Positions 38,477-47,518 of a DNA stretch of 64,000 bases are shown piece after piece. This DNA comes from a virus. The stretch's first letter is position 1, and each line of letters begins with the position of its first letter. The position numbers and the translations under genes are program-made. Under the pieces are notes generated by a model. That model was not told the origin of the DNA. It saw nothing but the letters and a program-made list of their open reading frames with translations, and did not search any database. The DNA is taken from IMG/VR virus record IMGVR_UViG_3300030329_005426, positions 32,001-96,000 of that record; one strand, written 5' to 3'.

Positions 38477-39403
38477 TTAGTCTTCGTCAGCTAATTTCTG
38501 GAAGAACGAAAGATCTTCATCTTCATCCTCAGATGTAGCTGCTTGAGGAATTTCCTCTGCTACCGGTTCCGGTGCTTCTACAACTGGTGGTGTAGGAGCA
38601 GGAGCGGCTACATAATCCTCAGCAGTGGTAGACGGCTGAGCACCTGATCCATCAAGACCAAGTACCATATTCAGCTTGTCTTTAAGCTCATCATACGTCT
38701 TAAAATTTGACGCTGACAGAAACTCTTGCAGTGAATACTGCTTGTTCCAAGTCTCTTGCAGCTTCTCATCTTCACCTGCGTGCAATTCAGATGAGCTATC
38801 AAATTCAGACTTATCGTAATTACGGAAGCCTTCTACTTGACGGATTTTAAGCTTAAAATCAGCGCCTTCCCAGAAATCAAAAGGATTAACTGGGGACTCA
38901 TCCTCGAAGGAAGGATTCATAAGATCATTGATTTTATCAAAAATCTTTTTACCATAACGGTACAGGAATACCTGTCCTTCATTGGCCGGATTAGAACTAT
39001 CCTTAATAACAAGGATATTACTAATATAAGTCAATCGACGCTTCTGCTTACGAGCAAGATCTTTACCCGCATCATCACCACGATTCCACAGAACATTATT
39101 ATATTCTGATACCGGATCTTTCTTATTAAGAGTAGTCAGACTATTCTCAATATACCAACGCCCTGTTGGGCCCTGGAATCCATGAGTAAATACTCGAACC
39201 CATGGAAAGTCTTCTCCGGTAGGCGCAGGAAGAAAACGGATAACGGCATAGCCATTACCAGCCTTATCAACCTGTGGTTGCCAGAATCGATCATCCTTGA
39301 AGCTATTCTGCTGAGTACCTTCAGAAATCTTCTGCGATGCTTCGACTAGAGATGTGAGGGAAGTTTTACGGGACCTTTTAAGGTCAGCGAATGATGTTGA
39401 CAT
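38477..39403 (-). CDS. single-stranded DNA-binding protein (T4 gp32-like)
   Basis: DDRFW...GNGYAVIRFLPA, WYIENSLTT, YGKKIFDKI, NYDKSEF; acidic tail. Confidence 0.96.
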   Translation of the reverse strand: MSTSFADLKRSRKTSLTSLVEASQKISEGTQQNSFKDDRFWQPQVDKAGNGYAVIRFLPAPTGEDFPWVRVFTHGFQGPTGRWYIENSLTTLNKKDPVSEYNNVLWNRGDDAGKDLARKQKRRLTYISNILVIKDSSNPANEGQVFLYRYGKKIFDKINDLMNPSFEDESPVNPFDFWEGADFKLKIRQVEGFRNYDKSEFDSSSELHAGEDEKLQETWNKQYSLQEFLSASNFKTYDELKDKLNMVLGLDGSGAQPSTTAEDYVAAPAPTPPVVEAPEPVAEEIPQAATSEDEDEDLSFFQKLADED

Positions 39404-39463
39404 ACGTATTTCTCCTTATAGCAATGTATGTTTCGTATCCACAACTTTCATTATAAAGTTTAA

Positions 39464-40033
39464 TTATACAAGATATTGTTTAATTATTCCAGTAAATTTT
39501 GATTTAGGGAAATCTACAAAACCCTTGTAATTATTTATGAGATTATAGCACTCCTCGAATAATATATCGTCCAATACTTTATTCCAATACGCAGTGAAAT
39601 TCATGAGCCTGTCTAAGATACAGATCGTTTCAAGACTAACATCTCCCTGCATATAACTTACCAGAAGATCTGGATGTTGTCCATCCTTTACTTTTAATAG
39701 GTCGTCTGATAACTTCAATTGACCTATCTCTTGCTTAAACATATACGTTAAACTTTGCATTTTCTTTTGCCAGCCACGATATGAATCCTCTTTCATATCA
39801 CGGATAAATGTATTACCATCTACCCAGTTTGCTACGTAATAATCGACGATCTTGTCTTTATATTTTCTCTCAAGTTTTGCGAATGTATAGCGATCATTGC
39901 GTTTTAGAAATGCTTCATCGCTGGGCTTCCTCATCTTACCATTATACTTGTGGTAATCATATTTCGTAGTAAAATGAGCACGAATCACGCAGTAATGATA
40001 GAAAGCATTATAACCTTCTGTTACTTGCATCAT
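39464..40033 (-). CDS. helicase loader (T4 gp59-like)
   Basis: HFTTKYDYHKYNGK, KRNDRYTFAKL, GQHP...SLET; adjacent to gp32. Confidence 0.88.
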   Translation of the reverse strand: MMQVTEGYNAFYHYCVIRAHFTTKYDYHKYNGKMRKPSDEAFLKRNDRYTFAKLERKYKDKIVDYYVANWVDGNTFIRDMKEDSYRGWQKKMQSLTYMFKQEIGQLKLSDDLLKVKDGQHPDLLVSYMQGDVSLETICILDRLMNFTAYWNKVLDDILFEECYNLINNYKGFVDFPKSKFTGIIKQYLV

Positions 40034-40248
40034 ATATCAAGTTTAGCCTTTTTCTCAAGAAAATTTAAGTCAGTAGCTTCGGCTTCAATCTTAGCCTTAA
40101 TATTCGTATTCAATAACTTGGCTGCTGTTTCGATTTCAAATTCATTACGCTCGCAATAATGGACCACTGCATCCATATAAGGTACCTTCATTTCCTTTAC
40201 CATATCTTCAATCATTGCGCTGAATTTTGCCGTCGTCATAATATCCAT
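40030..40248 (-). CDS. late transcription coactivator (T4 gp33-like)
   Basis: YMDAVVHYCE..EIETAAKLL...KIEAEATDLNFL. Confidence 0.88.
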   Translation of the reverse strand: MDIMTTAKFSAMIEDMVKEMKVPYMDAVVHYCERNEFEIETAAKLLNTNIKAKIEAEATDLNFLEKKAKLDI

Positions 40249-40595
40249 TAATTGGGCATCCCACCGACCGTCTTTCTGATAATATCATCAGATAGTGGCT
40301 CTGGGTAATATAATTCAAAAGCTGCAACATCATCTACTGCTTCAAATGAATGAAATTCACCTGGTTTAACAGTTGTCCATTGTGTAGCACGAAGCGTTGT
40401 AGTATCGACTAGATCATAATCATTCTTATGCACATGAACCATTAAAGTGCCTGATGACACATAGAATAGGTTCCACTTATAGTCATGCTTATGTGTAGAA
40501 CAATAACCACCTTCTCTAATAGCAATTCGGTGGAATTCAATAAACGGATTTTTGAAGATTAATTCAGTTGTACCCCATACTTTACCAGCTTTCAT
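40248..40595 (-). CDS. cupin protein
   Basis: KVWG, CSTHKHDYKWNLFYVSSG, PGEFHSF. Confidence 0.8.
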   Translation of the reverse strand: MKAGKVWGTTELIFKNPFIEFHRIAIREGGYCSTHKHDYKWNLFYVSSGTLMVHVHKNDYDLVDTTTLRATQWTTVKPGEFHSFEAVDDVAAFELYYPEPLSDDIIRKTVGGMPN

Positions 40596-40864
40596 ATTGC
40601 TCTTCCCTTTCGCGAACCATCGGGATCTCGAGATTCGTCAACACATAATATTTGTTTAACCAAAGGGGGTGGGTTCATATCAGCCCAGTTAGCAATTGCA
40701 AATGCTTTTAACCCCTCAACATTCTCATCAACGTATTCAAAGCAGCTCGCCATTGTGGCAAACCGTAATGGTTGTCCGTTGGCCGTTTCAACAGAAATTG
40801 CATCGTTTCCTTGATACGTATAGTCTGCAAAGAACATCGTGATGAGAATGAAGATGGTTTTCAT
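40592..40864 (-). CDS. hypothetical exported protein
   Basis: Hydrophobic N-terminus; F.TMASC...ILC. Confidence 0.55.
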   Translation of the reverse strand: MKTIFILITMFFADYTYQGNDAISVETANGQPLRFATMASCFEYVDENVEGLKAFAIANWADMNPPPLVKQILCVDESRDPDGSRKGRAI

Positions 40865-40866
40865 AG

Positions 40867-41943
40867 TTACTTTCCTCCCCAATAGTAGTCAGCCGCGTAG
40901 CTGTATGGAGTAAAGGCAACATTCTTAAATGGGACTACTTTCGCAGCCCAAGCCTTCTGACTAGCCAGAACCTTCTTGAACCAAGGATTCTTTGCAGACT
41001 CCTCTTTGAACATCTGGTCAATAGTCTTCAGCTCAGCAACGAGGATATCAGCAGGCGTCTTCATTACCTTAACACCATGCTCTTTTACCATTCGCTTCAG
41101 TGCTTCGCCATTCTTTGCTTGGATGTCAGTCAGCCAATATAGATACGACTCATATGCAGCGGAACGAATAGACGTCTGTTGCTGTTTAGTAAGAGATCGC
41201 CAAACCTTACCGTTAATTAAAAGATCACCAGTATTGCTATGCTCATGCAAGCTATTCAGGTAGTAATATTTCCACATAGTAGGGAAGCCAAGTCTTTCAT
41301 CTTCAAGACCACCCACAAACTCTGCGCAGTTAATAACACCCTTCTGAGCAGCTGCTAGAATTTCACCTCCGGGCATTCCAATAGTTTGCATACCCATTCG
41401 AGCATACAGTTCTACATTAATACCTGTTTGTCGGCATTTAAAATTCTTTAAATCTGCCAGGTTTTTAATAGGCCGTTTGAACCAACCGAGTGGCTGGTTT
41501 TGAGTTGGCATTGCGGGAAACGGAACGACATCGAGCTTCAATACATCTTTATAAAAGGTTCGATATAGTTCCAGGCCTCCGCCATGGAACATCCAGCCTA
41601 GGAAGTCAATTCCGTCCATGCCATATGGACCTCCTAGCGGACTATTGAATAGACCAAGAGTTTTATCCTTGCCTACCCAATAATAACTTTGCGTCCATGC
41701 TGCATCAACAGCGCCAGATGACGTTGCATCAAGCACTTGAAATGCTGGAACTAAAGCACCTGATGGATATACCTTCATATTGACTTTACCGTCAGTAAGA
41801 GTTGATATCCGCTTTGACATGAATTCCATCTGCTCATTAAATGTTGATACAGATGGGAAACTGCTTGCTACTTTAAAAGTCTCGGCTTTAACATTTGTTG
41901 TAGCCATAAAAAAGATCGCGCAAAGCGCCACGAAAAATTTCAT
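40867..41943 (-). CDS. dctP: TRAP transporter substrate-binding protein (DctP; TakP-like monocarboxylate/2-oxoacid subfamily)
   Basis: Signal peptide; GALVPAFQVLDA, YYWVGK, QPLGWF, KCR, PGGEI, AEFVG, LHEH. Confidence 0.9.
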   Translation of the reverse strand: MKFFVALCAIFFMATTNVKAETFKVASSFPSVSTFNEQMEFMSKRISTLTDGKVNMKVYPSGALVPAFQVLDATSSGAVDAAWTQSYYWVGKDKTLGLFNSPLGGPYGMDGIDFLGWMFHGGGLELYRTFYKDVLKLDVVPFPAMPTQNQPLGWFKRPIKNLADLKNFKCRQTGINVELYARMGMQTIGMPGGEILAAAQKGVINCAEFVGGLEDERLGFPTMWKYYYLNSLHEHSNTGDLLINGKVWRSLTKQQQTSIRSAAYESYLYWLTDIQAKNGEALKRMVKEHGVKVMKTPADILVAELKTIDQMFKEESAKNPWFKKVLASQKAWAAKVVPFKNVAFTPYSYAADYYWGGK

Positions 41944-41957
41944 CTTTTAACCTCACT

Positions 41958-43340
41958 TCAATTTTTATTTGGTTGTATGGATTTCAGGAAATCTATCTCC
42001 TGTGTATTATATATGACGTCTTTATTATCTTGTTTAAGATAATTAGGGAGCCACGTCGCTGCGCCCGGAACTATGAATAATATAACTACTGCTAGGACCT
42101 GTATCCACATGAATGGGAACATAGCTTTAAAAATCATACCTAAATCCCATTCAGGAACAACCTGCTTCAAATAATAGGATGTTAATGCTACAGGTGGTGT
42201 AAGATAAGCGGTCTGTATAACTATACCTAATGCGGCTCCAAACCATATCAAATCAACTCCTGTAGACATTAACACTGGCATGAAGATTGGCAAGAATACT
42301 AATACTACAACAGGCCATTCAAAAGGCCATCCAAGCAGATGACATAATACCAAAATTGACCCTACAATTGCCCAACCGGGAATTGGTAATCCCTGTAAGG
42401 CAGATGTAATAAGTGTATCTCCTCCCAACCCTGCAAAAATAGCTCCAAAGATTGTAGAGCTAATAGCCAGTAACATAACAACCGCAGATGTGTTAGCTGT
42501 CTTCAATAACGCATCTTGCAAATTATTATAGTTTATTTTACCATGGATCGCTGCTAATGTCAACGCCCCAAATGCACCAAATGCCCCAGCTTCTGTTGAT
42601 GTCGCCAAACCAAATAACATCGATCCAAGAACAGCACTGATAAGAAAGGCAAGAGGTAAGACATCTATTAATACTCTGCCTATTAAACGCCATTCAAATG
42701 GTATATACTCCGGTGCAGGTGCTAATGTAGGGTTGTGCCATACCTTTAATAAGCAGTAGCCTATATACATTGCTGCTATCATTAGGCCTGGAATTAAGCT
42801 TGCTGCATATAGATCTATGATGTTAACATTCATCGTCGGAGCCATGACGATTAAAGGTATAGCTGGTGGAATCATAATAAGTGAGCCACCACCTGCAATT
42901 ACTCCAGCTGATAGCTTAGGATCATATCCGAGCCTCATCATACTAGGAGCAGCCATAATACCTAGCAAGGTTACGGCGGCACCTACAACACCTGTAGCAA
43001 GGCTAACCAGCACAGATACTATAATAACAACTATATAAAGGTTGCCAGGCACGCGAGTAAACAAATTCTTTAGGCTATCAAATAAGCCTTCAACAAGCCC
43101 AGCGCGCTCACATACATAGCCCATAAAAATAAACATCGGAATACTCATCAAGATTTCATCTGATAAGCCGCCCAACAAATTAAAATAGGCTAAATTGAAT
43201 GCTGGTAATGGTCCTAGCCCTATTATTCCAAAAACAAGTGCTAAGAAAATAAGTGTAAAGCTAACCGGAACGCCAACAAAAATACCAGCGATCATGGTCA
43301 ATAGCATTACAAGGGCTAGCCATTCCATTGGCGTATACAC
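41958..43340 (-). CDS. dctM: TRAP transporter large permease
   Basis: Many TM segments; SIPMFIFMG, ATGVVGA, MIPPAI, ATSTEAGAFGA, QTAYLTPP. Confidence 0.93.
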   Translation of the reverse strand: MYTPMEWLALVMLLTMIAGIFVGVPVSFTLIFLALVFGIIGLGPLPAFNLAYFNLLGGLSDEILMSIPMFIFMGYVCERAGLVEGLFDSLKNLFTRVPGNLYIVVIIVSVLVSLATGVVGAAVTLLGIMAAPSMMRLGYDPKLSAGVIAGGGSLIMIPPAIPLIVMAPTMNVNIIDLYAASLIPGLMIAAMYIGYCLLKVWHNPTLAPAPEYIPFEWRLIGRVLIDVLPLAFLISAVLGSMLFGLATSTEAGAFGAFGALTLAAIHGKINYNNLQDALLKTANTSAVVMLLAISSTIFGAIFAGLGGDTLITSALQGLPIPGWAIVGSILVLCHLLGWPFEWPVVVLVFLPIFMPVLMSTGVDLIWFGAALGIVIQTAYLTPPVALTSYYLKQVVPEWDLGMIFKAMFPFMWIQVLAVVILFIVPGAATWLPNYLKQDNKDVIYNTQEIDFLKSIQPNKN

Positions 43341-43780
43341 TTTTTCAATTCAATCAAACCCTGATATAATAACATAACCAAACCTAGAGTTATGCCGATT
43401 TTCATCGGCCATATTATTAACTGAGCCATCGTTGCACTACTTCGCTCATCGATAATAACACTGCGAAATGTATCGAAGAAGCTAATATATGCTAGCAATA
43501 AGAACGATGGAAAAAATAACAATACGTATGCTATAGCATCGATTTTAGCTTTAGTTCCTGTCGATAATTTATTCCAGTATAGATCGGTGCGTATATGAGA
43601 GCCGGTAGATAATGCATAACTACATCCCCATATGATTAGTATTGTATATAATTGGGGTGCGACATCTACGGCAAAGTCAAAGCGTAAATCAAAGAAATAT
43701 CGCCCTAGTACGTTTGTTACAATCAACAACACGATAATCAATGTAAACCATGAATATATCTTAGCTAACCAATCGCTCAT
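43316..43780 (-). CDS. dctQ: TRAP transporter small permease
   Basis: Four TM segments; VLGRYFF, YALSTGSHIRTD, WPMK; directly upstream of dctM. Confidence 0.9.
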   Translation of the reverse strand: MSDWLAKIYSWFTLIIVLLIVTNVLGRYFFDLRFDFAVDVAPQLYTILIIWGCSYALSTGSHIRTDLYWNKLSTGTKAKIDAIAYVLLFFPSFLLLAYISFFDTFRSVIIDERSSATMAQLIIWPMKIGITLGLVMLLYQGLIELKKCIRQWNG

Positions 43781-45245
43781 AATAATCTTTCAAATAATCA
43801 GATGAATCCATGCCGTCTAGGTGATATTTATTTCGATAGCTCTGTGCTCCCATATCTTTCTTGGAGCGATAATGTTTTCTCCATTTTTTATGTAATTCGC
43901 GGGCTTCTATAAGATTCATGGTATCGTGTTTCCAATACATCTCAGGATCAAATCTAAATTCAGTAAACCCATAACGAGCAGGATCCATACTATAATCAGG
44001 ATAATTCGATACTTTCACTAGATCATCTAAGTATGGATACACGTTAAGTGTTCTAAAACGAGCATTTAATATATCTTGTTCAATTGCCCAGCGAAATTGT
44101 CTCTGCTGTGATGTAGCTGTTTCTCCGGGTAAACCAATAATAAAATTACCAACAATAATTATACCCCGATCATTAAATTTAGTCAAGATGTCAATTATCT
44201 TTTCGGGTGATAAGCCTCTTCCTGCTGCCTTGGCAACTTTATGCGTTAAGCTTTCAATACCGACCTGTAATACCTTGAAGCCGCTATCAACCATCATATC
44301 AATAATATCAGGATATTTATTACACAGATCAGTGCGAGCATATGATGTAAACATTGGCTTGAATGGCAAGCTCTTAACAACAGAATAGATGTTCTTGATA
44401 TGTTCGTAATTATCGTTTATGCAATCATCTGTTAATTGAAACTTAGTAACACCAAACCTATTATAATATTCCATAAGCTGATATCGTAGACTCTCCATGT
44501 CTAACTTGACCGATTTACCTTTATCATAATGACAAAACTTACAGTTAAAAGCACATCCCCTACTTGTTTCGAGTGGCAACATCTCATGTGAACCGATAAC
44601 ATCTTTATCTTGGAATGGAGCTAAGGGGATATCATACTTCGGCCACTCAGGATAACGCCCGACATTAATAAATTTATATCCGTTGATATTTTCGTATTCT
44701 ATATCATCCCAATTTTCGATAACATCGGCTACAGCTCGATCACCCCAACCAATTATCCATCTGTCTATATAATCTTTAAGGGCAAATTGATCTGTATCAA
44801 TACCCCTAGCAAGAGTGTATATCTCATTTGTACGAGCACCACCACATATTATTTTAATGTCTGGGCATATTGATTTAATGCGCTCAAAGAATGATATAAT
44901 TTTTTCTGTAGATCCCCAACATAGATTCATACTGGATGATAGATAATTACCTGCTGTATAATTAAATTTCTGATCTTTAACCGACGCAAAGCAGTCACTG
45001 TACGTGTTTTTAATCTGTAACAATTCATCATTGTATAGAAAGGTATTCGATATACAAAGAAATTGTGTATCGTCCGTAACTAACTTTTCAAATACATTGA
45101 AAAAATCGCATTCTACCCTTGTGAAAAAATCAAATACTACTGTATCAAATCCACGTTTTCGAATTTCTTTTACGCATGCATATGAACCTAGATATCTAGT
45201 AAATGCCATGTGCGGTGATTCATTCAAAAAGATGACATCATTCAT
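43761..45245 (-). CDS. radical SAM enzyme (B12-binding-like architecture)
   Basis: ETSRGCAFNCKFC (CxxxCxxC), DDCIND, GIES, FIIGLPGET; N-terminal KIICGG. Confidence 0.88.
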   Translation of the reverse strand: MNDVIFLNESPHMAFTRYLGSYACVKEIRKRGFDTVVFDFFTRVECDFFNVFEKLVTDDTQFLCISNTFLYNDELLQIKNTYSDCFASVKDQKFNYTAGNYLSSSMNLCWGSTEKIISFFERIKSICPDIKIICGGARTNEIYTLARGIDTDQFALKDYIDRWIIGWGDRAVADVIENWDDIEYENINGYKFINVGRYPEWPKYDIPLAPFQDKDVIGSHEMLPLETSRGCAFNCKFCHYDKGKSVKLDMESLRYQLMEYYNRFGVTKFQLTDDCINDNYEHIKNIYSVVKSLPFKPMFTSYARTDLCNKYPDIIDMMVDSGFKVLQVGIESLTHKVAKAAGRGLSPEKIIDILTKFNDRGIIIVGNFIIGLPGETATSQQRQFRWAIEQDILNARFRTLNVYPYLDDLVKVSNYPDYSMDPARYGFTEFRFDPEMYWKHDTMNLIEARELHKKWRKHYRSKKDMGAQSYRNKYHLDGMDSSDYLKDYYERLVS

Positions 45246-45358
45246 TCATAACAACCTATGCGATGTATAATATAATGTATATGAAAAGAGCTAAACAACC
45301 AAGACCTAATAGGAGCTTGATAATTTCTTTAGCCCAATGTGACATACTTTACCTGCTT

Positions 45359-46165
45359 TCATTTATAAAAATTAATCTGATGAAGCTTTTTAATATGTCC
45401 TACAACGCGGCTTAAATCATCTAAATGTATCATATTAGGCCCATCAGATGGTGCGTTATCTGGATCTTGGTGTGTCTCCAAGAATATAGTATTTATGCAG
45501 CCAGTTGCCATTGCAGCATTAGCTAAAAGAGGAGCCATGCTCCTATCTCCACCGGAAGCATTGCCACGTCCACCAGGATGCTGGACGCTGTGAGTGCAGT
45601 CGAAACAAACAGGGTAACCATAATCGCTCATCACTTTCAGGCCGCGCATGTCGACCACTAAATTGTTATATCCAAAACTTGAACCACGTTCGGTAAGCAT
45701 TATTTCCGCGCCTCCGGTCGAGAAGTGTTCCATCTTCTTAACGACCTGTTCCATGTCATGAGGTGCTAGAAACTGGCCTTTCTTAATATTTACTGGCTTA
45801 TTTTCCTGTGCAGCAGCTTCTAGTAAATCCGTCTGTCTACATAAGAACGCAGGGATCTGAAGCATTGTTGCGGGGATTACTCCACACTGCCATATTTCAT
45901 GGACATCAGTGACAATATCAAGACCCATCTGAGCATGCTCAGCGAATGCATAAATTGCTTCGTCTATGCCTCTGCCTCGATAGCTATCTACGCTTGTTCT
46001 ATTTGCTTTATCGAACGATGTTTTGTAAGCCCAGTTGACATTATGAATTACCATAATTTCTTCAATCCAGCCTACCATATCATCCATATGTTGCCGTGAT
46101 TCAAATACACAAGGCCCAGCAATAATACTTAACTTATTTTCAATGACTCCGTTATAAAATCTCAT
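45359..46165 (-). CDS. kdsA: KDO-8-phosphate synthase (metal-dependent type)
   Basis: IIAGPCVFES, FDKANRTS, QIPAFLCRQTDL, NIKKGQF, ERG.SFGYNNLVVDMR, THSVQ. Confidence 0.95.
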   Translation of the reverse strand: MRFYNGVIENKLSIIAGPCVFESRQHMDDMVGWIEEIMVIHNVNWAYKTSFDKANRTSVDSYRGRGIDEAIYAFAEHAQMGLDIVTDVHEIWQCGVIPATMLQIPAFLCRQTDLLEAAAQENKPVNIKKGQFLAPHDMEQVVKKMEHFSTGGAEIMLTERGSSFGYNNLVVDMRGLKVMSDYGYPVCFDCTHSVQHPGGRGNASGGDRSMAPLLANAAMATGCINTIFLETHQDPDNAPSDGPNMIHLDDLSRVVGHIKKLHQINFYK

Positions 46166-46479
46166 ATCCATCCCATCATCATTTTTGTTTCCTCCGGCAC
46201 CATATCCATAGTAAATGGTGGATCAAATACTGTGTTAACTATGACACTCATTACTTCAGGCACATAGCCTGCTTTTTGTATATCATTGACAATTTGATCT
46301 GCAAATGGACAGAATGCACTTGTCAATGTATGTGTTATTGTAACTTCATACTCTCTTAAATCGATAGCAATATCATATATTAATCCTAGATCATATACAT
46401 TAATGCCTTCCATCTCTGGATCGAAAACCTCACGCAAATTTGCTATGATATGATCTTTATCAATCACCGGTCTTTCCAT
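46162..46479 (-). CDS. DUF59 / SufT-like Fe-S cluster assembly protein
   Basis: LREVFDPE..INVYDLGLIY, TLTSAFCP, VFDPPFT. Confidence 0.88.
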   Translation of the reverse strand: MERPVIDKDHIIANLREVFDPEMEGINVYDLGLIYDIAIDLREYEVTITHTLTSAFCPFADQIVNDIQKAGYVPEVMSVIVNTVFDPPFTMDMVPEETKMMMGWI

Positions 46480-46979
46480 TTGTAAAATATATGATCTTCG
46501 ATTCTACCAGTCCGGGTCTTCTTCTTAGCCCAACCTGGCGTCACATAGAAGGCATGGTAAAATACGGCGCCTTCAGTAAAATCAAATATGTGGGTTTCTA
46601 GGAACCAGGATGCCATAGCATAGGCTTCATTAAAAGCTCTTTTATTGCGTGGGTTATCGGATTTACCGTCACACCACCAGCTAAACTGACATCGATTTTT
46701 AATTGGATAGTATGTGCCGTCTTTTTTCCAAGATGCTCTTACAGGCCCTTGCAAGACTACTTCACAAACCGTATTTGGAAAATGAGTATCTTCGACTCTA
46801 TTACGTGTAACGAGAGCTACTGCTACTTGTCCTGCAATGCTCTGATCTCTAGCTTCATGATATATGTTCATCGCTAGACATTGGGTTTCGGTCTTCTGCC
46901 AATCATAAGCATGTGCCCAGCTATGCCAGAACACTACAATAAAAATTATCACGATGGCGTATAATATCTTTTTAAGCAT
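46464..46979 (-). CDS. cell wall hydrolase (SleB / Hydrolase_2)
   Basis: CLAMNIYHEAR, VTRNRV, FPNTVCEVV, CQFSWWCDGK, YHAFYVTPGW, HIFY. Confidence 0.92.
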   Translation of the reverse strand: MLKKILYAIVIIFIVVFWHSWAHAYDWQKTETQCLAMNIYHEARDQSIAGQVAVALVTRNRVEDTHFPNTVCEVVLQGPVRASWKKDGTYYPIKNRCQFSWWCDGKSDNPRNKRAFNEAYAMASWFLETHIFDFTEGAVFYHAFYVTPGWAKKKTRTGRIEDHIFYKWKDR

Positions 46980-47000
46980 TAGACCCTCTCTCAAATTTTA

Positions 47001-47099
47001 GGTGGGGGTTCCTGGAGTCGAACCAGGACTAGGTGTCGCATCACCTCTGTGTCCAATGCGCTGGATAGAACAGTTCGGGAACCATATTATCCACCCCCA
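47001..47099 (-). ncRNA. tRNA-like structured RNA of unknown function
   Basis: Acceptor-like GGGGGT/ACCCCC-ACC, perfect T-arm CCTGG-TTCGACT-CCAGG and two further hairpins; no canonical anticodon loop. Confidence 0.7.
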
Positions 47100-47104
47100 T
47101 AATT

Positions 47105-47465
47105 AAAGTGGTAGGTATTCTGTTGCTAGGAACCTACCGAACCCCATGGGAATTACGCCGCTAGTGCGAATTCCTCGGATGCAAAATTATCGTTTGCATT
47201 TAGAGTGTTTGACCTATTACGCGGTCAGCCGTGTTACTCCAATTCGCTATTAACTACCAGTCGATCCTATATCGCCCCCATCAGAAACAGACCAGCTCCA
47301 GACCGCGGTGTGCACACCAAAAGTCAACTGAATTTTATCGGTAGATAATGTGTTGGCTCGAGTTCCTCAATCATCTAGCGCCCAGATATTTACTGATCTG
47401 CTTGTGGTGGAGGCGACGGGAATTGCACCCGTGTCCTGTCTAGCTTTCACTCCTCTTCAACGTAA
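47105..47465 (-). ncRNA. ssrA: circularly permuted (two-piece) tmRNA, alphaproteobacterial type
   Basis: Acceptor piece ends ...GGGTGCAATTCCCGTCGCCTCCACCA at 47405. Coding piece starts GGGGGCGATATAGGATCGAC at 47279 (G3-U70 pair). Tag ORF 47197-47153 reads ANDNFASEEFALAA*. Outer ends approximate. Confidence 0.93.
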
Positions 47466-47475
47466 CAATATATTT

Positions 47476-47504
47476 ATTATAACTCCTTTGGATTAATTAT
47501 TCAA
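47476..47504 (-). promoter_or_regulatory. sigma70-type promoter of the tmRNA gene
   Basis: TTGAAT-N17-TATAAT immediately upstream. Confidence 0.75.
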
Positions 47505-47518
47505 CACTTTTGTTGACT

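Noticed and set aside
40867-46479. Host chromosomal DNA (prophage boundary or contamination) explaining TRAP, kdsA and DUF59
   Set aside because: The genes are tightly overlapped with phage-type genes on the same strand, have similar composition, and are flanked by T4 core genes on both sides. No integrase or att site was seen. A long-read check is still advisable.
47001-47099. Calling the tRNA-like element a decoding tRNA (Cys GCA or Ala CGC)
   Set aside because: The loop is 6 nt without U33, the stem is bulged and over-long, and the spacing to the D-arm is non-canonical. It is kept as an ncRNA of unknown function.
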